Assembly: GCA_963777895.1 (NCBI GenBank)
Contig: CAVZSF010000005.1
Location: 391,949-455,948 of the forward strand
Reading direction: 5' to 3'
Origin: an uncultured Thermoleophilia bacterium
GTDB taxonomy: Bacteria > Actinomycetota > Thermoleophilia > UBA2241
DNA length: 64,000 bases
Shown here piece by piece: positions 30,965 to 40,843 of this stretch (the first letter of the stretch is position 1; each line of letters opens with the position of its first letter). Made by a program: the position numbers and the translations under genes. Under the pieces are notes generated by a model. That model worked only from the letters and a program-made list of their open reading frames with translations, ran no database searches and had not been told where the DNA came from.

Positions 30965-32343
30965 CCCGACGGCTCCTCTTCAGCTACCTGGTCATCACGG
31001 CCATCGTGCTCGTCGCGCTCGAAGTCCCGCTGGCGCGCTTCTACCAGCAGCGCGAGACGGGGCGCCTGACCATGGGCGTCGAGCGGGACGCGACAGTGCT
31101 CGCCGGACTCTATGAAGAGGACCTCGAGACGGGGGCTCCCCTGGACGCGTCGGTTGCCGCCAGCTACGCCGACCATTCGGGGGCCAGAGTAGTGGTGGTG
31201 GATGCGAGCGGGACGTCGCTGGTCGACACGGCCGGCTCGTCGGGCCGCGACTTCTCGACCCGTCCGGAGATCAAGGTCGCGCTGCACGGTCTGCACGCGA
31301 CAGGCGTGCGCGCCTCTCGGACGCTCGGCACGCGCCTGTTGTACGTCGCCGTGCCGTCCGCCTCCGGAGGACACGTGCACGGCGCCGTCCGCCTCACGCT
31401 CGATACGGCCGCGGTGGACGCCGCCGTCCATCGCTTCTGGCTCGGCTTGGCGGCGATCGCCGCCGTGGTGCTCGCGGTTATGGCCGGCGTCGGCTGGGCG
31501 CTCGCTCGTTCGGTGACCCGGCCGCTCAGGCGTCTCAACGTGGCAGCCGCCCGGTTCGCCACCGGGGACCTGCGGGTCGCCGAACCAGACCCTCAGGCGC
31601 CGCCCGAGATCGCGGCGCTGGGCACGACCATGAACACCATGGCCCAGCGCCTGGAGCACCTGCTCGCGGAGCACCGCGCGTTCGTGGCCGACGCCTCGCA
31701 CCAGCTGCGCACGCCGCTGACGGCGCTGAGACTGCGCTTGGAGAATCTCCAGAACGATCTCTCCGGCTCCAGGCAAGCTGAGGATCTGGGCGCGGCGGTC
31801 GAAGAGACGAACCGGCTGACCCTTCTCGTGAGCGACCTGCTCAGGCTGGCGAGAGCCGAGCAGGCGGCTGCTCACGAGACGGCCGACCTTGTGGAACGAG
31901 CGCGCGAACGCGTGGACACCTGGTCGGCGACGGCCGAATCGGCCGGCGTCACCCTGGACTTCGTCCCTCCGGCCGGCGTCGTGGCCGTCCGCGTCGTGCC
32001 GAGCGGCGTCGAGCAGATCCTGGACAACTTGATCGACAACGCGATCGCCGCGTCGCCGCCGGGCGGGACGGTCTCCGTGACGGTCGCTGCGGGCGCGCGC
32101 GAGCATCGCCTGAGCGTCGTCGACCAAGGGGCTGGGCTGCCGGACGAGCTCAAGGCACGGGCGCTCGACCGCTTCTGGCGGTCAGACGACGCGACACCCG
32201 GCACCGGGCTCGGCCTGCCGATAGCCAGGGCGCTGGCAGAGGCGTCGGGTGGATCCCTCGTGCTGGTGGACGGCCCCGACGGCGGCCTCGCCGTGACCGT
32301 GACCCTTCCCCGGACCACACCATCTCCGGCCCAGAGAGCGTAG
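30961..32343 (+). CDS. Two-component sensor histidine kinase
   Basis: Two TM segments, HAMP, an H-box ADASHQLRTPLT and HATPase motifs DNAIAAS, GTGLGL. GTGA overlaps the RR stop. Confidence 0.9.
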   Translation: MTRRLLFSYLVITAIVLVALEVPLARFYQQRETGRLTMGVERDATVLAGLYEEDLETGAPLDASVAASYADHSGARVVVVDASGTSLVDTAGSSGRDFSTRPEIKVALHGLHATGVRASRTLGTRLLYVAVPSASGGHVHGAVRLTLDTAAVDAAVHRFWLGLAAIAAVVLAVMAGVGWALARSVTRPLRRLNVAAARFATGDLRVAEPDPQAPPEIAALGTTMNTMAQRLEHLLAEHRAFVADASHQLRTPLTALRLRLENLQNDLSGSRQAEDLGAAVEETNRLTLLVSDLLRLARAEQAAAHETADLVERARERVDTWSATAESAGVTLDFVPPAGVVAVRVVPSGVEQILDNLIDNAIAASPPGGTVSVTVAAGAREHRLSVVDQGAGLPDELKARALDRFWRSDDATPGTGLGLPIARALAEASGGSLVLVDGPDGGLAVTVTLPRTTPSPAQRA

Positions 32344-32395
32344 TCGCCGGGCGACGCCGGTTTCGGCCGGGGCGTCGAGCGCGACGGCGTCGCTC

Positions 32396-32560
32396 TCAGG
32401 CGTCGGCTTCGGACACGTCGGGCTCGACGTGCGCCACGACGTCGGCGGTCTGCGCGTAGCGGCCGCGCAGGGCCTGCTCCACCTGATGCGCGATGGCGTG
32501 GCCGTCCTCCACGGTCTCGCCGCCGGCCAGGTTCAGGAAGAGGATGACCCAGAGACCCGG
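32396..32560 (-). pseudogene. Remnant of a cation diffusion facilitator (CDF) transporter C-terminal cytoplasmic domain
   Basis: Reads GETVEDGHAIAHQVEQALRGRYAQTADVVAHVEPDVSEADA* in an unannotated frame. Upstream in the same frame the sequence is non-coding-like. There is no space for the TM domain before the next gene. Confidence 0.45.
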
Positions 32561-32606
32561 CGGACGCCGCGGTAGCGAGTGCGACGGTCGAGGGCGGATG
32601 CGTCCG

Positions 32607-33267
32607 TCACGGGGCAGCCGACTCCGGCGGTCCTGGCGGCGCGGAGAACTCGTCGATCGCGTTCTGGCTGAGCGGATGCTCGGTCAGGGCAGCCAGCACG
32701 CCGAGCGGCGCCGTGACGTCGTGGGCGCCGCGCGCCACCGAGGCGGCGAGCTGCTCGGAGGTCTTGAGGCTGGCGGCCAGGACGCGGGTGCTGCTGCGCA
32801 GCGCTCGCAGCACGGCCGCCAGCTCCTCCACCAGCTCGAGCCCGTCGACGCCCTGCCGGGTCGCGCGGTCGACGTAGGGGATCGCCCACGCGCAGCCGAT
32901 CTCGTGGGCGACCAGCGCCTGGGCCGGCGCGTAGACGGCGGTGAGCGCGTGGCGGATGCCTTCACGGGTGAGGGCCGCGCCGACGCGGACCGCGTCGCCG
33001 GTCGCGGCCAGCTTGATCACCACGCGCTCCGGTGAGAGCGCGGCGGCCATGCGCGCTTCCGTCAGCAGGTCGTCGAACGGAGCCATCGCAGGTTGGTAGA
33101 AGACGGGACCGCGTGGGAAGGCGGCGAGGAGACGGCCGAGCCGGTCGAGCGGCTCGGCCGTCTCCCGCCGCATGAGCGTCGGGTTCGTGGTGACGCCGCC
33201 GACGAAGCCGAGCCCCGCGGCTGCCGCGGCGTCGTCCGAGCGATGCGGAATCGAGCAAGATCGTCAT
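32607..33267 (-). CDS. Fructose-6-phosphate aldolase / transaldolase-like (TalC/FSA family), one frameshift
   Basis: MTILLDSASL...(frame change near 33235)...GGVTTNPTLM...VIKLAATGDAV...SLKTSEQ. Confidence 0.7.
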
Positions 33268-33457
33268 GCTTGTGTCGTCTCCTCCCGGCCGCCGGTCAGT
33301 CCGCGGCGTCGTCGCTGCCTCTGGGCTGCATCATCGCCCCTGACGCGCCCGACGGCAAAACAGCGAGACGGAAGGGACGACGGACCGTCGCGCACAGGAG
33401 CTGCGAGCCGCGAGCGGTACTATGGGATGGCACAGCCGTCGAGCCCGGAAGGTGACC

Positions 33458-34411
33458 ATGACCGAGGCCATCCGCGTCGAGAGACTGAGCAAGGCGTTCG
33501 GTGCGACGCAGGCCCTGGACGGACTGGACCTCCATGTCAAGGCGGGGCAGATCCACGGCTTCATGGGTCCGAACGGGGCAGGCAAGTCGACGACGCTCCG
33601 CATCCTGCTCGGCCTGCTGCGCGCCGATGCGGGTCTGGCGGAGGTCCTGGGCGGTGACCCCTGGAAGGACGCGACCGAGCTGCATCGCCGGCTCGCCTAC
33701 GTCCCCGGAGAGGTCAACCTCTGGCCGAGCCTGACCGGGGGCGAGGTCATCGACCTGCTGGGGCGGCTGCGCGGCGGGCTCGACCCGAAGCGCCGCGCCA
33801 TGCTGCTCGAGCGGTTCGACCTGGACCCCAGCAAGAGGGGCCGCGCCTACTCGAAGGGCAACCGCCAGAAGGTGGCGCTCATCGCCGCGCTCGCCTCCGA
33901 CGTCGAGCTGCTGCTGCTGGACGAACCGACCGCCGGTCTCGATCCGCTGATGGAGGCCGTCTTTCGTGAGTGCGTCAACGAAGAACGAGACGGCGGACGC
34001 ACGGTGCTCCTTTCGAGCCACATCCTCGCGGAGGTCGAGGCGCTCTGCGACCACGTGAGCATCATCCGCAGTGGTCGCATCGTCGAGACCGGGACGCTGG
34101 CCGAGCTGCGGCACCTGCGCCGGACGACGGTCGTGGCGAGTCTGGCCGGCCCCGCCGAGGGCCTGGCCGGCCTGGCGGGCGTCCACGACCTCGTCGTCGA
34201 CGATTCCACCGTGCGCTGCGAGGTCGACCCGGGTCACCTGGACGAGGTCCTGCGCGCCCTTACTGCCGTCGGGGTGCGTGACCTCGTGAGTCAGCCGCCG
34301 ACCCTGGAGGAGCTCTTCCTGCGACACTACGACGTCGCATCCTTACCGGCTCCGCCGGGCGAGACGCCGACAGCGGGCATCGGCGGCCGGCGCGACGCGT
34401 CCGCCTCGTGA
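33458..34411 (+). CDS. ABC transporter ATP-binding protein (ABC-2/DrrA-like exporter ATPase)
   Basis: Walker [12 protein letters not shown], signature YSKGNRQKV and Walker [13 protein letters not shown]. Confidence 0.85.
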   Translation: MTEAIRVERLSKAFGATQALDGLDLHVKAGQIHGFMGPNGAGKSTTLRILLGLLRADAGLAEVLGGDPWKDATELHRRLAYVPGEVNLWPSLTGGEVIDLLGRLRGGLDPKRRAMLLERFDLDPSKRGRAYSKGNRQKVALIAALASDVELLLLDEPTAGLDPLMEAVFRECVNEERDGGRTVLLSSHILAEVEALCDHVSIIRSGRIVETGTLAELRHLRRTTVVASLAGPAEGLAGLAGVHDLVVDDSTVRCEVDPGHLDEVLRALTAVGVRDLVSQPPTLEELFLRHYDVASLPAPPGETPTAGIGGRRDASAS

Positions 34412-36003
34412 ACGTCCTGGCCGGCACGTGGGCGCTGGTGCGCCTCGCCCTGCGGAGAGACCGGATCATCCTGCCCGTCTGCATCGCCGTCTTCGTGATC
34501 GTCGTGGCGAGTTCGACGAAGGCGACGGTCGCACTGTATCCGTCGCCCCAGACCCGCATGGTGGCGGCGGCGAGCGTCAACGACAGTCCCGCGCTTGTCG
34601 CCTTGTACGGACGCATCTACGACGAGCGCTCGCTCGGTGCGATCGCGATGATGAAGATGGGCGGCACGGGGACGGCACTGGTCGCGGTGCTCACCCTGCT
34701 CACCGTCGTGAGGCACACGAGGAGCGAGGAAGAGAGCGGCCGTCTCGAGCTGCTCGGCGCGACCGTCGTGGGGCGCTACGCGCCGCTCACGGCCGCACTG
34801 CTCGTCGCGACCGGAGCCAGCCTCATGCTCGGGACCTTCACCGCGCTGGGCCTGGTGGCGGTGGGGTTACCGCCCGGCGGGTCGCTCGCGTTCGGCGCCG
34901 CGTGGGCCGGCGTCGGGATCGCCTTCGGAGCCGTCGCCGGCCTTGCGGCGCAGCTCAGTAGGAGCGCCCGCACCGCGGGGGGCATCGCCGCCATCGGCCT
35001 CGGCGCCGCCTACCTCGTGCGCGCCCTCGGCGACACCCGTCCCGAGGGTGGGGCGCGCTGGCTCGCATGGTTGTCACCGCTGGGCTGGGGACAACAGGTG
35101 CGCGCCTTCGCCGGCGACCGCTGGTGGGTGCTCGCCCTGCTGCTGGCCTTCGGCGTCCTGACCACGGTGGCCGCCTACGCCGTCGCATCTCGCAGGGACC
35201 TGGGCGACGGCGTGTTGCCCGACCGGCCCGGTCCGGCGCGCGCCTCGTTTCGTCTCGGCACGGCGCTCGGCTTGGCCTGGCGCCTGCAACGGGGCGGCGT
35301 CGTGGCCTGGTGCCTGGCCTTGCTCGTCATCGGCGCCGTCCTGGGCAGCGCGGTGTCGAACATCGGCGCGCTGCTCGACAGCCCGCAAGCTCGCGAGTAC
35401 GTGCGACTCCTGGGCGGCGAGAAGGTCATCACCGATGCCTTCCTCGCCGCCGAGATGGGGATCATGGGGCAGATAGCGGCCGTGTTCGGGCTGCTCGCGG
35501 CTACGCGCCTGCGCTCGGAGGAGGTCGCGGTGCGCGCCGAGCCGGTCCTCGCGACCGCGGTGGGCCGCGTGCGCTGGGCGAGCAGCCATCTCGCCGTCGC
35601 CCTGATGGGCACGGCGCTGCTGCTCGCCTCCGCCGGCTTGGCCGCCGGCGTCGCCCATGCCGCCCAGACCGGCGATGCGGGCCAGGTCGGCCGCGTGCTC
35701 GCCGCCGCGCTGGTCCAGCTGCCGGCCGTCTGGGTGCTGGTCGGCATCGCGGCGGCAGGTTTCGGTCTGGTGCCACGCTGGACGGCGGCCGGCTGGGCCG
35801 CCCTCGTCGTCTTCTTCCTGCTCGGCGAGCTGGGGCCGGTCTTCGAGCTGGACCAGTGGGTCACGGACCTCTCGCCCTTCGCGCACGTACCCAAGCTGCC
35901 GGGGGCGGACGTCAGCGCGGCGCCGTTGCTCTGGCTGACGGCCGCCGCCGCCGCCCTCATCGCCGTGGGTCTCGCCGGCTTCCGGCGGCGCGACGTCGGC
36001 TGA
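34408..36003 (+). CDS. ABC-2 family transporter permease (12 TM, duplicated)
   Basis: 531 aa hydrophobic protein translationally coupled to the ATPase. Confidence 0.7.
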   Translation: MNVLAGTWALVRLALRRDRIILPVCIAVFVIVVASSTKATVALYPSPQTRMVAAASVNDSPALVALYGRIYDERSLGAIAMMKMGGTGTALVAVLTLLTVVRHTRSEEESGRLELLGATVVGRYAPLTAALLVATGASLMLGTFTALGLVAVGLPPGGSLAFGAAWAGVGIAFGAVAGLAAQLSRSARTAGGIAAIGLGAAYLVRALGDTRPEGGARWLAWLSPLGWGQQVRAFAGDRWWVLALLLAFGVLTTVAAYAVASRRDLGDGVLPDRPGPARASFRLGTALGLAWRLQRGGVVAWCLALLVIGAVLGSAVSNIGALLDSPQAREYVRLLGGEKVITDAFLAAEMGIMGQIAAVFGLLAATRLRSEEVAVRAEPVLATAVGRVRWASSHLAVALMGTALLLASAGLAAGVAHAAQTGDAGQVGRVLAAALVQLPAVWVLVGIAAAGFGLVPRWTAAGWAALVVFFLLGELGPVFELDQWVTDLSPFAHVPKLPGADVSAAPLLWLTAAAAALIAVGLAGFRRRDVG

Positions 36004-36029
36004 TCGCCGCAGATGCGATGCGGGCCTGG

Positions 36030-37349
36030 CTAGTCCCCGGTCCGCAGGTCGAGCACGCGCCGGGTCTTGCCCGAAGCGCCCGCCGTCCCCGCGGTGCGCT
36101 CGATGGCGCCGGACTCGACGAGCGTGACGCGCGCCCGCAGGCCGATGCGCGACTGCAGCTTGTCGGCCACCTCGGCCTGGAAGCGCGCGATGTCGCCCAT
36201 CAGATCTGAGAAGACGTTCTCATCCACCTCGAGCCGCACTTCGAGGTCGTCGAGGCTCTTCTTGCGGTCGACGACGATCAGGTAGTGGGGTCGCACGCCC
36301 TCGATCTTGAAGAGCACGTCCTCGATCTGGGCGGGGAAGACGTTCACCCCGCGGATGATGAGCATGTCGTCGGTGCGCTGCCGCACCTTCTTCATGCGGA
36401 CCAGCGTCCGGCCGCACTCGCAGCGGGACGGGTCCAGAGCCGTGAGATCGTGGGTCCGGTAGCGCAGCAGCGGGAAGGCTTCCTTGGTCAGGGTGGTGAT
36501 CACCAGCTCGCCCTCCTCGCCGTAGGGGAGAGGCTCGCCGCTCGCCGGGTCGACGATCTCGAGCAGCAGGTGGTCCTCGTTCACGTGCAGGCCGCAGGCG
36601 CACTCGCACTCGCCGGCCACGCCGGGTCCCATCACTTCGGAGAGGCCGTAGTTGTCGGTGGCCTTGATGCCCAGGCGCTCCTCGATCTCGTGTCTCATCT
36701 TGTCGGGGCAGGGCTCGCCGCCGAACAGGCCGAGGCGGAGCTTGAGGGATTCGAAGGCGACGCCCAGCTCCTCGGCCTGCTCGGCCAGGAAGAGCGCGTA
36801 GGACGGGGTCGAGACGAGCACGGTGGTGCCGAAATCGCGCATCATGACGAGGTGACGCTCGCTCTGCCCGGCCCCGGCCGGGATGATCGTGGCGCCGATG
36901 CGCTCGATGCCGTAGTGGAGACCCCAGCCCCCGGTCGACATGCCGTAGGGGAAGGCCATCTGGACAAGGTCGCCGCGCTGCACGCCGGCGGAGGCGGCGA
37001 CCCGTGCCGTGAGCTCCGTCCAGGTGTTGACGTCGCCGCGCGAGTAGCCGACGACGACGGGCTTGCCGGTCGTGCCCGAAGACGAGTGGACGCGGACGAC
37101 CTCATCGAGCGGCAGCGCGAACATGCCGAAGGGGAAGGTGTCGCGCAGCGCGCCCTCGTCGGTGAAGGGCAGGCGGCGCAGGTCGTCGAGGGCGCGGATG
37201 TCGCGAGGGCGCACGCCCCCTTCCTCCATCCGCGCCCTGTAGTGCGGCACGCGCTCGTAGGCCCACGAGGCGGTCATCTGCAGGCGGCGCAGCTGGAGCT
37301 GATGCAGCGCCGCCCTGTCCATGCACTCGTATTCCGGGTTCCAGATCAT
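36030..37349 (-). CDS. paaK: Phenylacetate-CoA ligase (PaaK / F390-synthetase family)
   Basis: AMP-binding motif SSGTTGKP, plus MIWNPEYE and YRTHDL...CGRT. Confidence 0.85.
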   Translation of the reverse strand: MIWNPEYECMDRAALHQLQLRRLQMTASWAYERVPHYRARMEEGGVRPRDIRALDDLRRLPFTDEGALRDTFPFGMFALPLDEVVRVHSSSGTTGKPVVVGYSRGDVNTWTELTARVAASAGVQRGDLVQMAFPYGMSTGGWGLHYGIERIGATIIPAGAGQSERHLVMMRDFGTTVLVSTPSYALFLAEQAEELGVAFESLKLRLGLFGGEPCPDKMRHEIEERLGIKATDNYGLSEVMGPGVAGECECACGLHVNEDHLLLEIVDPASGEPLPYGEEGELVITTLTKEAFPLLRYRTHDLTALDPSRCECGRTLVRMKKVRQRTDDMLIIRGVNVFPAQIEDVLFKIEGVRPHYLIVVDRKKSLDDLEVRLEVDENVFSDLMGDIARFQAEVADKLQSRIGLRARVTLVESGAIERTAGTAGASGKTRRVLDLRTGD

Positions 37350-37366
37350 GGTGGCTCCTTCGCCGG

Positions 37367-38140
37367 CTACCCGCCGAGGTAGATGGTCCGCACCGATTCG
37401 TCGGCGAGCAGGTCGCCGGAGGATCCCTCGAGGACGACGCGGCCGGTGCGCATGACGTAGCCGCGGTCGGCGTGCTTGAGCGCAAGGCGCGCGTCCTGTT
37501 CGACGAGCAGGATGGTGAGGCCCTGGGCGCGCAACCCGTCGAGGACGGCGAAGATCTCCGCGATCACCTTGGGCGCGAGGCCGAGGGACGGCTCGTCAAG
37601 CAGCAGCAGCCGCGGCCGCGACATGAGGGCCCGCCCGACGGCCAGCATCTGCTGTTCGCCGCCGGAGAGGGTCTCGGCCGGCTGTCCCGCGCGCTCCTCG
37701 AGCACGGGGAAGAGGGCGTGGACGCGCTCGAGGCCGGCGGCGACGGCGGCACGCCGCTCGCGTCGCGCGCCGTAGGCGCCGAGCTCCAGGTTCTCGCGCA
37801 CCGTCATCGGTCCGAAGAGCAGCCTGCCCTCCGGCACGAGCGCGAGCCCATCACGCACGAGCCTCTCCGGGCGCGCGCCGTCGAGGCGGGCGCCGCGATA
37901 GCTCACTTCGCCCGCCCGTACGGCGATCATGCCGACGACGGCCTTGAGCAGGGTCGACTTGCCGGCGCCGTTCGCGCCGATCACGGCGACGAGCTCGCCC
38001 TCGCCGACGGACACGTCGATGCCGTGCAGCACCTCGACGCGCCCGTAGCCGGCGCTCACGGCGCTGAGCTCGAGCAGGGGGGCGGCCGACGGCGCCTGGG
38101 CGGCGTCGGCCGCCCCTCCCATGCCGGTCGTCTCAGGCAT
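37367..38140 (-). CDS. livF: Branched-chain amino acid ABC transporter ATP-binding protein (LivF-like)
   Basis: Walker A GANGAGKSTLLKAV and the ABC signature. Confidence 0.85.
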   Translation of the reverse strand: MPETTGMGGAADAAQAPSAAPLLELSAVSAGYGRVEVLHGIDVSVGEGELVAVIGANGAGKSTLLKAVVGMIAVRAGEVSYRGARLDGARPERLVRDGLALVPEGRLLFGPMTVRENLELGAYGARRERRAAVAAGLERVHALFPVLEERAGQPAETLSGGEQQMLAVGRALMSRPRLLLLDEPSLGLAPKVIAEIFAVLDGLRAQGLTILLVEQDARLALKHADRGYVMRTGRVVLEGSSGDLLADESVRTIYLGG

Positions 38141-38903
38141 CGTCGTCGGTCTCTCCGAGGTAGGCGGCGATCACAGCGGGGTCCTTCTGGATCATGCGCG
38201 GCGGCCCCTCGGCGATCTTGAGGCCGCGGTCGAGCACGACGATCTCGTCGGAGACGTCCATGACGAGTCCCATGTGGTGCTCGACGATGACCACGGTGAT
38301 GCCGCTGTCGCGCATCCGGAAGAGGGTCTGGACGAGCTCTCGCGCCTCGCTCGCGTTGAGGCCGGCCGCGGGCTCGTCGAGCAACAGCAGCCGGGGCTTC
38401 GTGGCGAGGGCGCGGGCGATCTCGACGAGACGGCGGATGCCGGCGGGGAGGTCCGCCGCCGGAACGGCGAGCCACTCCTCGATGCCGATCAGGCGCAACA
38501 GCCGGCCGGCCTCTTCGCGTGCCTCCCGGTCCTCGGCGAGCGCCGCGGGCAGCCGCAGCATGGCGGCGGAGAACCCGCGGCGCTGGTGAGCCTGCCGGCC
38601 GACCATCACGTTCTCGCCCGCCGTCATCTCCTCGAACAGCTGCGTGTTCTGGAAGGTCCGGGCGACCCCGGCACGCACGGTCTCGCGCGGGCTTCGTCCG
38701 ACGAGCTCGGCGCCGTCGAAGACCACCGAACCCTCGTCCGGCCTGTCGAAGCCGGTCAGGGTGTTGAAGAGGGTCGACTTGCCGGCGCCGTTCGGCCCGA
38801 TCAGCGCCTTGATCGTCCCTTCGAACACGTCGAACGAGACGTCGTCGACCGCGATGAGCCCGCCGAAGCGCTTGGTGACGCCGCGTACCTCGAGCAGGCT
38901 CAC
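38133..38903 (-). CDS. livG: Branched-chain amino acid ABC transporter ATP-binding protein (LivG-like)
   Basis: Walker [13 protein letters not shown]. Confidence 0.85.
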   Translation of the reverse strand: MSLLEVRGVTKRFGGLIAVDDVSFDVFEGTIKALIGPNGAGKSTLFNTLTGFDRPDEGSVVFDGAELVGRSPRETVRAGVARTFQNTQLFEEMTAGENVMVGRQAHQRRGFSAAMLRLPAALAEDREAREEAGRLLRLIGIEEWLAVPAADLPAGIRRLVEIARALATKPRLLLLDEPAAGLNASEARELVQTLFRMRDSGITVVIVEHHMGLVMDVSDEIVVLDRGLKIAEGPPRMIQKDPAVIAAYLGETDDDA

Positions 38904-39880
38904 GAGGCGTCACTCTCCCGAGGGCGGCGACGCCACAGTCGAGCGAGCCCGCCCGGCGCGAAGATCACGACGAGCACGATGGCGAGGCCGTAGATGTCCT
39001 CCTGGTAGGTCTGGATGGCCTGGGCGGTGTCCTGCGGGATGCCGGGGATCAGCGCGTCGATGTACTGCAGGAGCGTGAGCAACACCGCGGCGGCGATCGG
39101 ACCGGAGAGCGAGCCGGTGCCGCCGAGCACGGCCATGGCCAGGAAGGTGATCGAGGCGGCCAGCGTGAACACGCTCGGTGAGACGAAGCCCACGACGCTC
39201 GCGTAGAGGGCGCCGGCCAGGCCGGCGAGCAGGGCGCTGACCACGAAGGTGCGCACCTTCACGCCGACGACGTCGACGCCGCAGGCCTGCGCGCCCAGCT
39301 CGCTGCCGTGCAGGGCGCGCATCGCGCGGCCGGGACGCTGGGAGGTCACGTTGTACACGGCGAGCAGGGCGAGGCCGGCCACCGCCCAGACGAGCCAGTA
39401 GAGCGAGGCGGCTTCGTCGATCTCCAAGGGGCCGAGCGCGGGGAAGGGAATACCACCGAGGCCGTTGACGCCGCCCGTGACCGGTTCCGCCTCCCTGAAC
39501 GCGAGCGTCATCAGCTCGCCGAAGCCGAGCGTCGCCATCGCCAGGTAGTGCCCCTTCAGACGCAGGCTGGGCAGCGCCAGCACGAGTCCGCCGAGCGCTG
39601 CCAGAGCGCCCGCAGCGATGAAGGCCGGCAGCCATGGCCAGTCCAGGCGCACGGTGCAGACGGCACAGGTGTAGGCGCCCAGGCCGACAAAGGCGGCGTG
39701 ACCGAGAGAGATCTGCCCGGCGTGGCCGAAGAGCAGGGCCAGGCCGATGACGACGAGCACGTTGATGCCGGCGAAGGTGAAGACCTTGAGCAGGAAGCGG
39801 TCGGTCACGGCGAGCGGCAGGACTGCGACGACCGCGACGGCGACCAGCGGGGCGAGCGCCCTGAGCGTGCGGCCGTTCAT
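38900..39880 (-). CDS. livM: Branched-chain amino acid ABC transporter permease (LivM-like)
   Basis: The MNGRTLRAL start forms ATGA with the LivH stop. The rest of listed ORF 38900..40783 upstream is off-frame read-through of livH. Confidence 0.8.
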   Translation of the reverse strand: MNGRTLRALAPLVAVAVVAVLPLAVTDRFLLKVFTFAGINVLVVIGLALLFGHAGQISLGHAAFVGLGAYTCAVCTVRLDWPWLPAFIAAGALAALGGLVLALPSLRLKGHYLAMATLGFGELMTLAFREAEPVTGGVNGLGGIPFPALGPLEIDEAASLYWLVWAVAGLALLAVYNVTSQRPGRAMRALHGSELGAQACGVDVVGVKVRTFVVSALLAGLAGALYASVVGFVSPSVFTLAASITFLAMAVLGGTGSLSGPIAAAVLLTLLQYIDALIPGIPQDTAQAIQTYQEDIYGLAIVLVVIFAPGGLARLWRRRPRESDAS

Positions 39881-40800
39881 CAGACCTTCACCCGCCCGGA
39901 GCCGCCGAAAAGACCCTGCGGTCGCACGAAGAGCACGACGAGGAGGACGACGACGGACACGGCGTCCTTGTAGGTCGGGTTGATGTAGCCGGCGGTGAAG
40001 CTCTCCAGGAGGCCCAGGACGAGGCCGCCGGCGACGGCCGCCACGGGGTTGCCGAGGCCGCCGAGGATGGCGGCGGCGAAGCCCTTCACGCCCATCCCGG
40101 CGCCGACGCTGAAGGCCGTCTGGGTGAGCGGCGCCACGACAAGGCCGCCGACCGCTCCGAGAGCGGCGGCCAGGGCGAACGACCACGTGACCATCCTGTC
40201 GGCGTCGATGCCCACGAGCCGGGCTGCGTCGCGCCGTAGCGAGGTGGCGCGCATGGCCCGGCCGAAGGTCGTCCGCCGGTAGAGCAGCGCCAGCGCGACC
40301 ACGGCCAGCCCGGTGAGGGCCCAGATCCACACCGTCTGCCGCTCGATGGCGGCGCCGAGCACTTTGATCGACGCGCCCTGGGTGAACGACGCCAGGGCGC
40401 GTTCGTCCGGCCCGAAGAGGTGCAGCGCCAACTGGCGGAGCACCACGGCGCCGCCGATCGTGACCATGATGATGCGCAGCGGATCGCCGCCCGAGATGGG
40501 GCGGACGGCGAGGAGCTCGAAGGCCGCGCCGATCGCGGCGGTGGCGGCGATCGCCGCCACCGCCGCGATCGGCAGCGGCAGGCCGAGCTCCGAGAAGAAC
40601 ACACCCAGCAGGCCGCCGAGCATGAAGAACTCGCCCTGGGCGAAGTTGATCGCGCCGGTCGCGGCGAACACGATCGTGAAGCCGAGCGCCACCAGCGCGT
40701 AGATCGAGCCGTTCTTGAGACCCGCTATGAAGAACTGGAGCAGCTCGTCCACGCCATGGTCCCGTCCGTCCCCCCAGAAGCATCGGACCCCGGCCCGCAC
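39880..40800 (-). CDS. livH: Branched-chain amino acid ABC transporter permease (LivH-like). The true start may be GTG at about 40752.
   Basis: Reads VDELLQFFIAGLKNGSIYALVALGF... Confidence 0.8.
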   Translation of the reverse strand: MRAGVRCFWGDGRDHGVDELLQFFIAGLKNGSIYALVALGFTIVFAATGAINFAQGEFFMLGGLLGVFFSELGLPLPIAAVAAIAATAAIGAAFELLAVRPISGGDPLRIIMVTIGGAVVLRQLALHLFGPDERALASFTQGASIKVLGAAIERQTVWIWALTGLAVVALALLYRRTTFGRAMRATSLRRDAARLVGIDADRMVTWSFALAAALGAVGGLVVAPLTQTAFSVGAGMGVKGFAAAILGGLGNPVAAVAGGLVLGLLESFTAGYINPTYKDAVSVVVLLVVLFVRPQGLFGGSGRVKV

Positions 40801-40843
40801 CGCTGGCGGGCGGGCCGGGGTCCGAACGTTACCGCGTCGCGGG

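Noticed and set aside
38900-40783. 627 aa minus ORF apparently fusing livM with upstream sequence
   Set aside because: Only the C-terminal 326 aa (from MNGRTLRAL, 39880) are LivM. The N-terminal part is an off-frame reading of livH.
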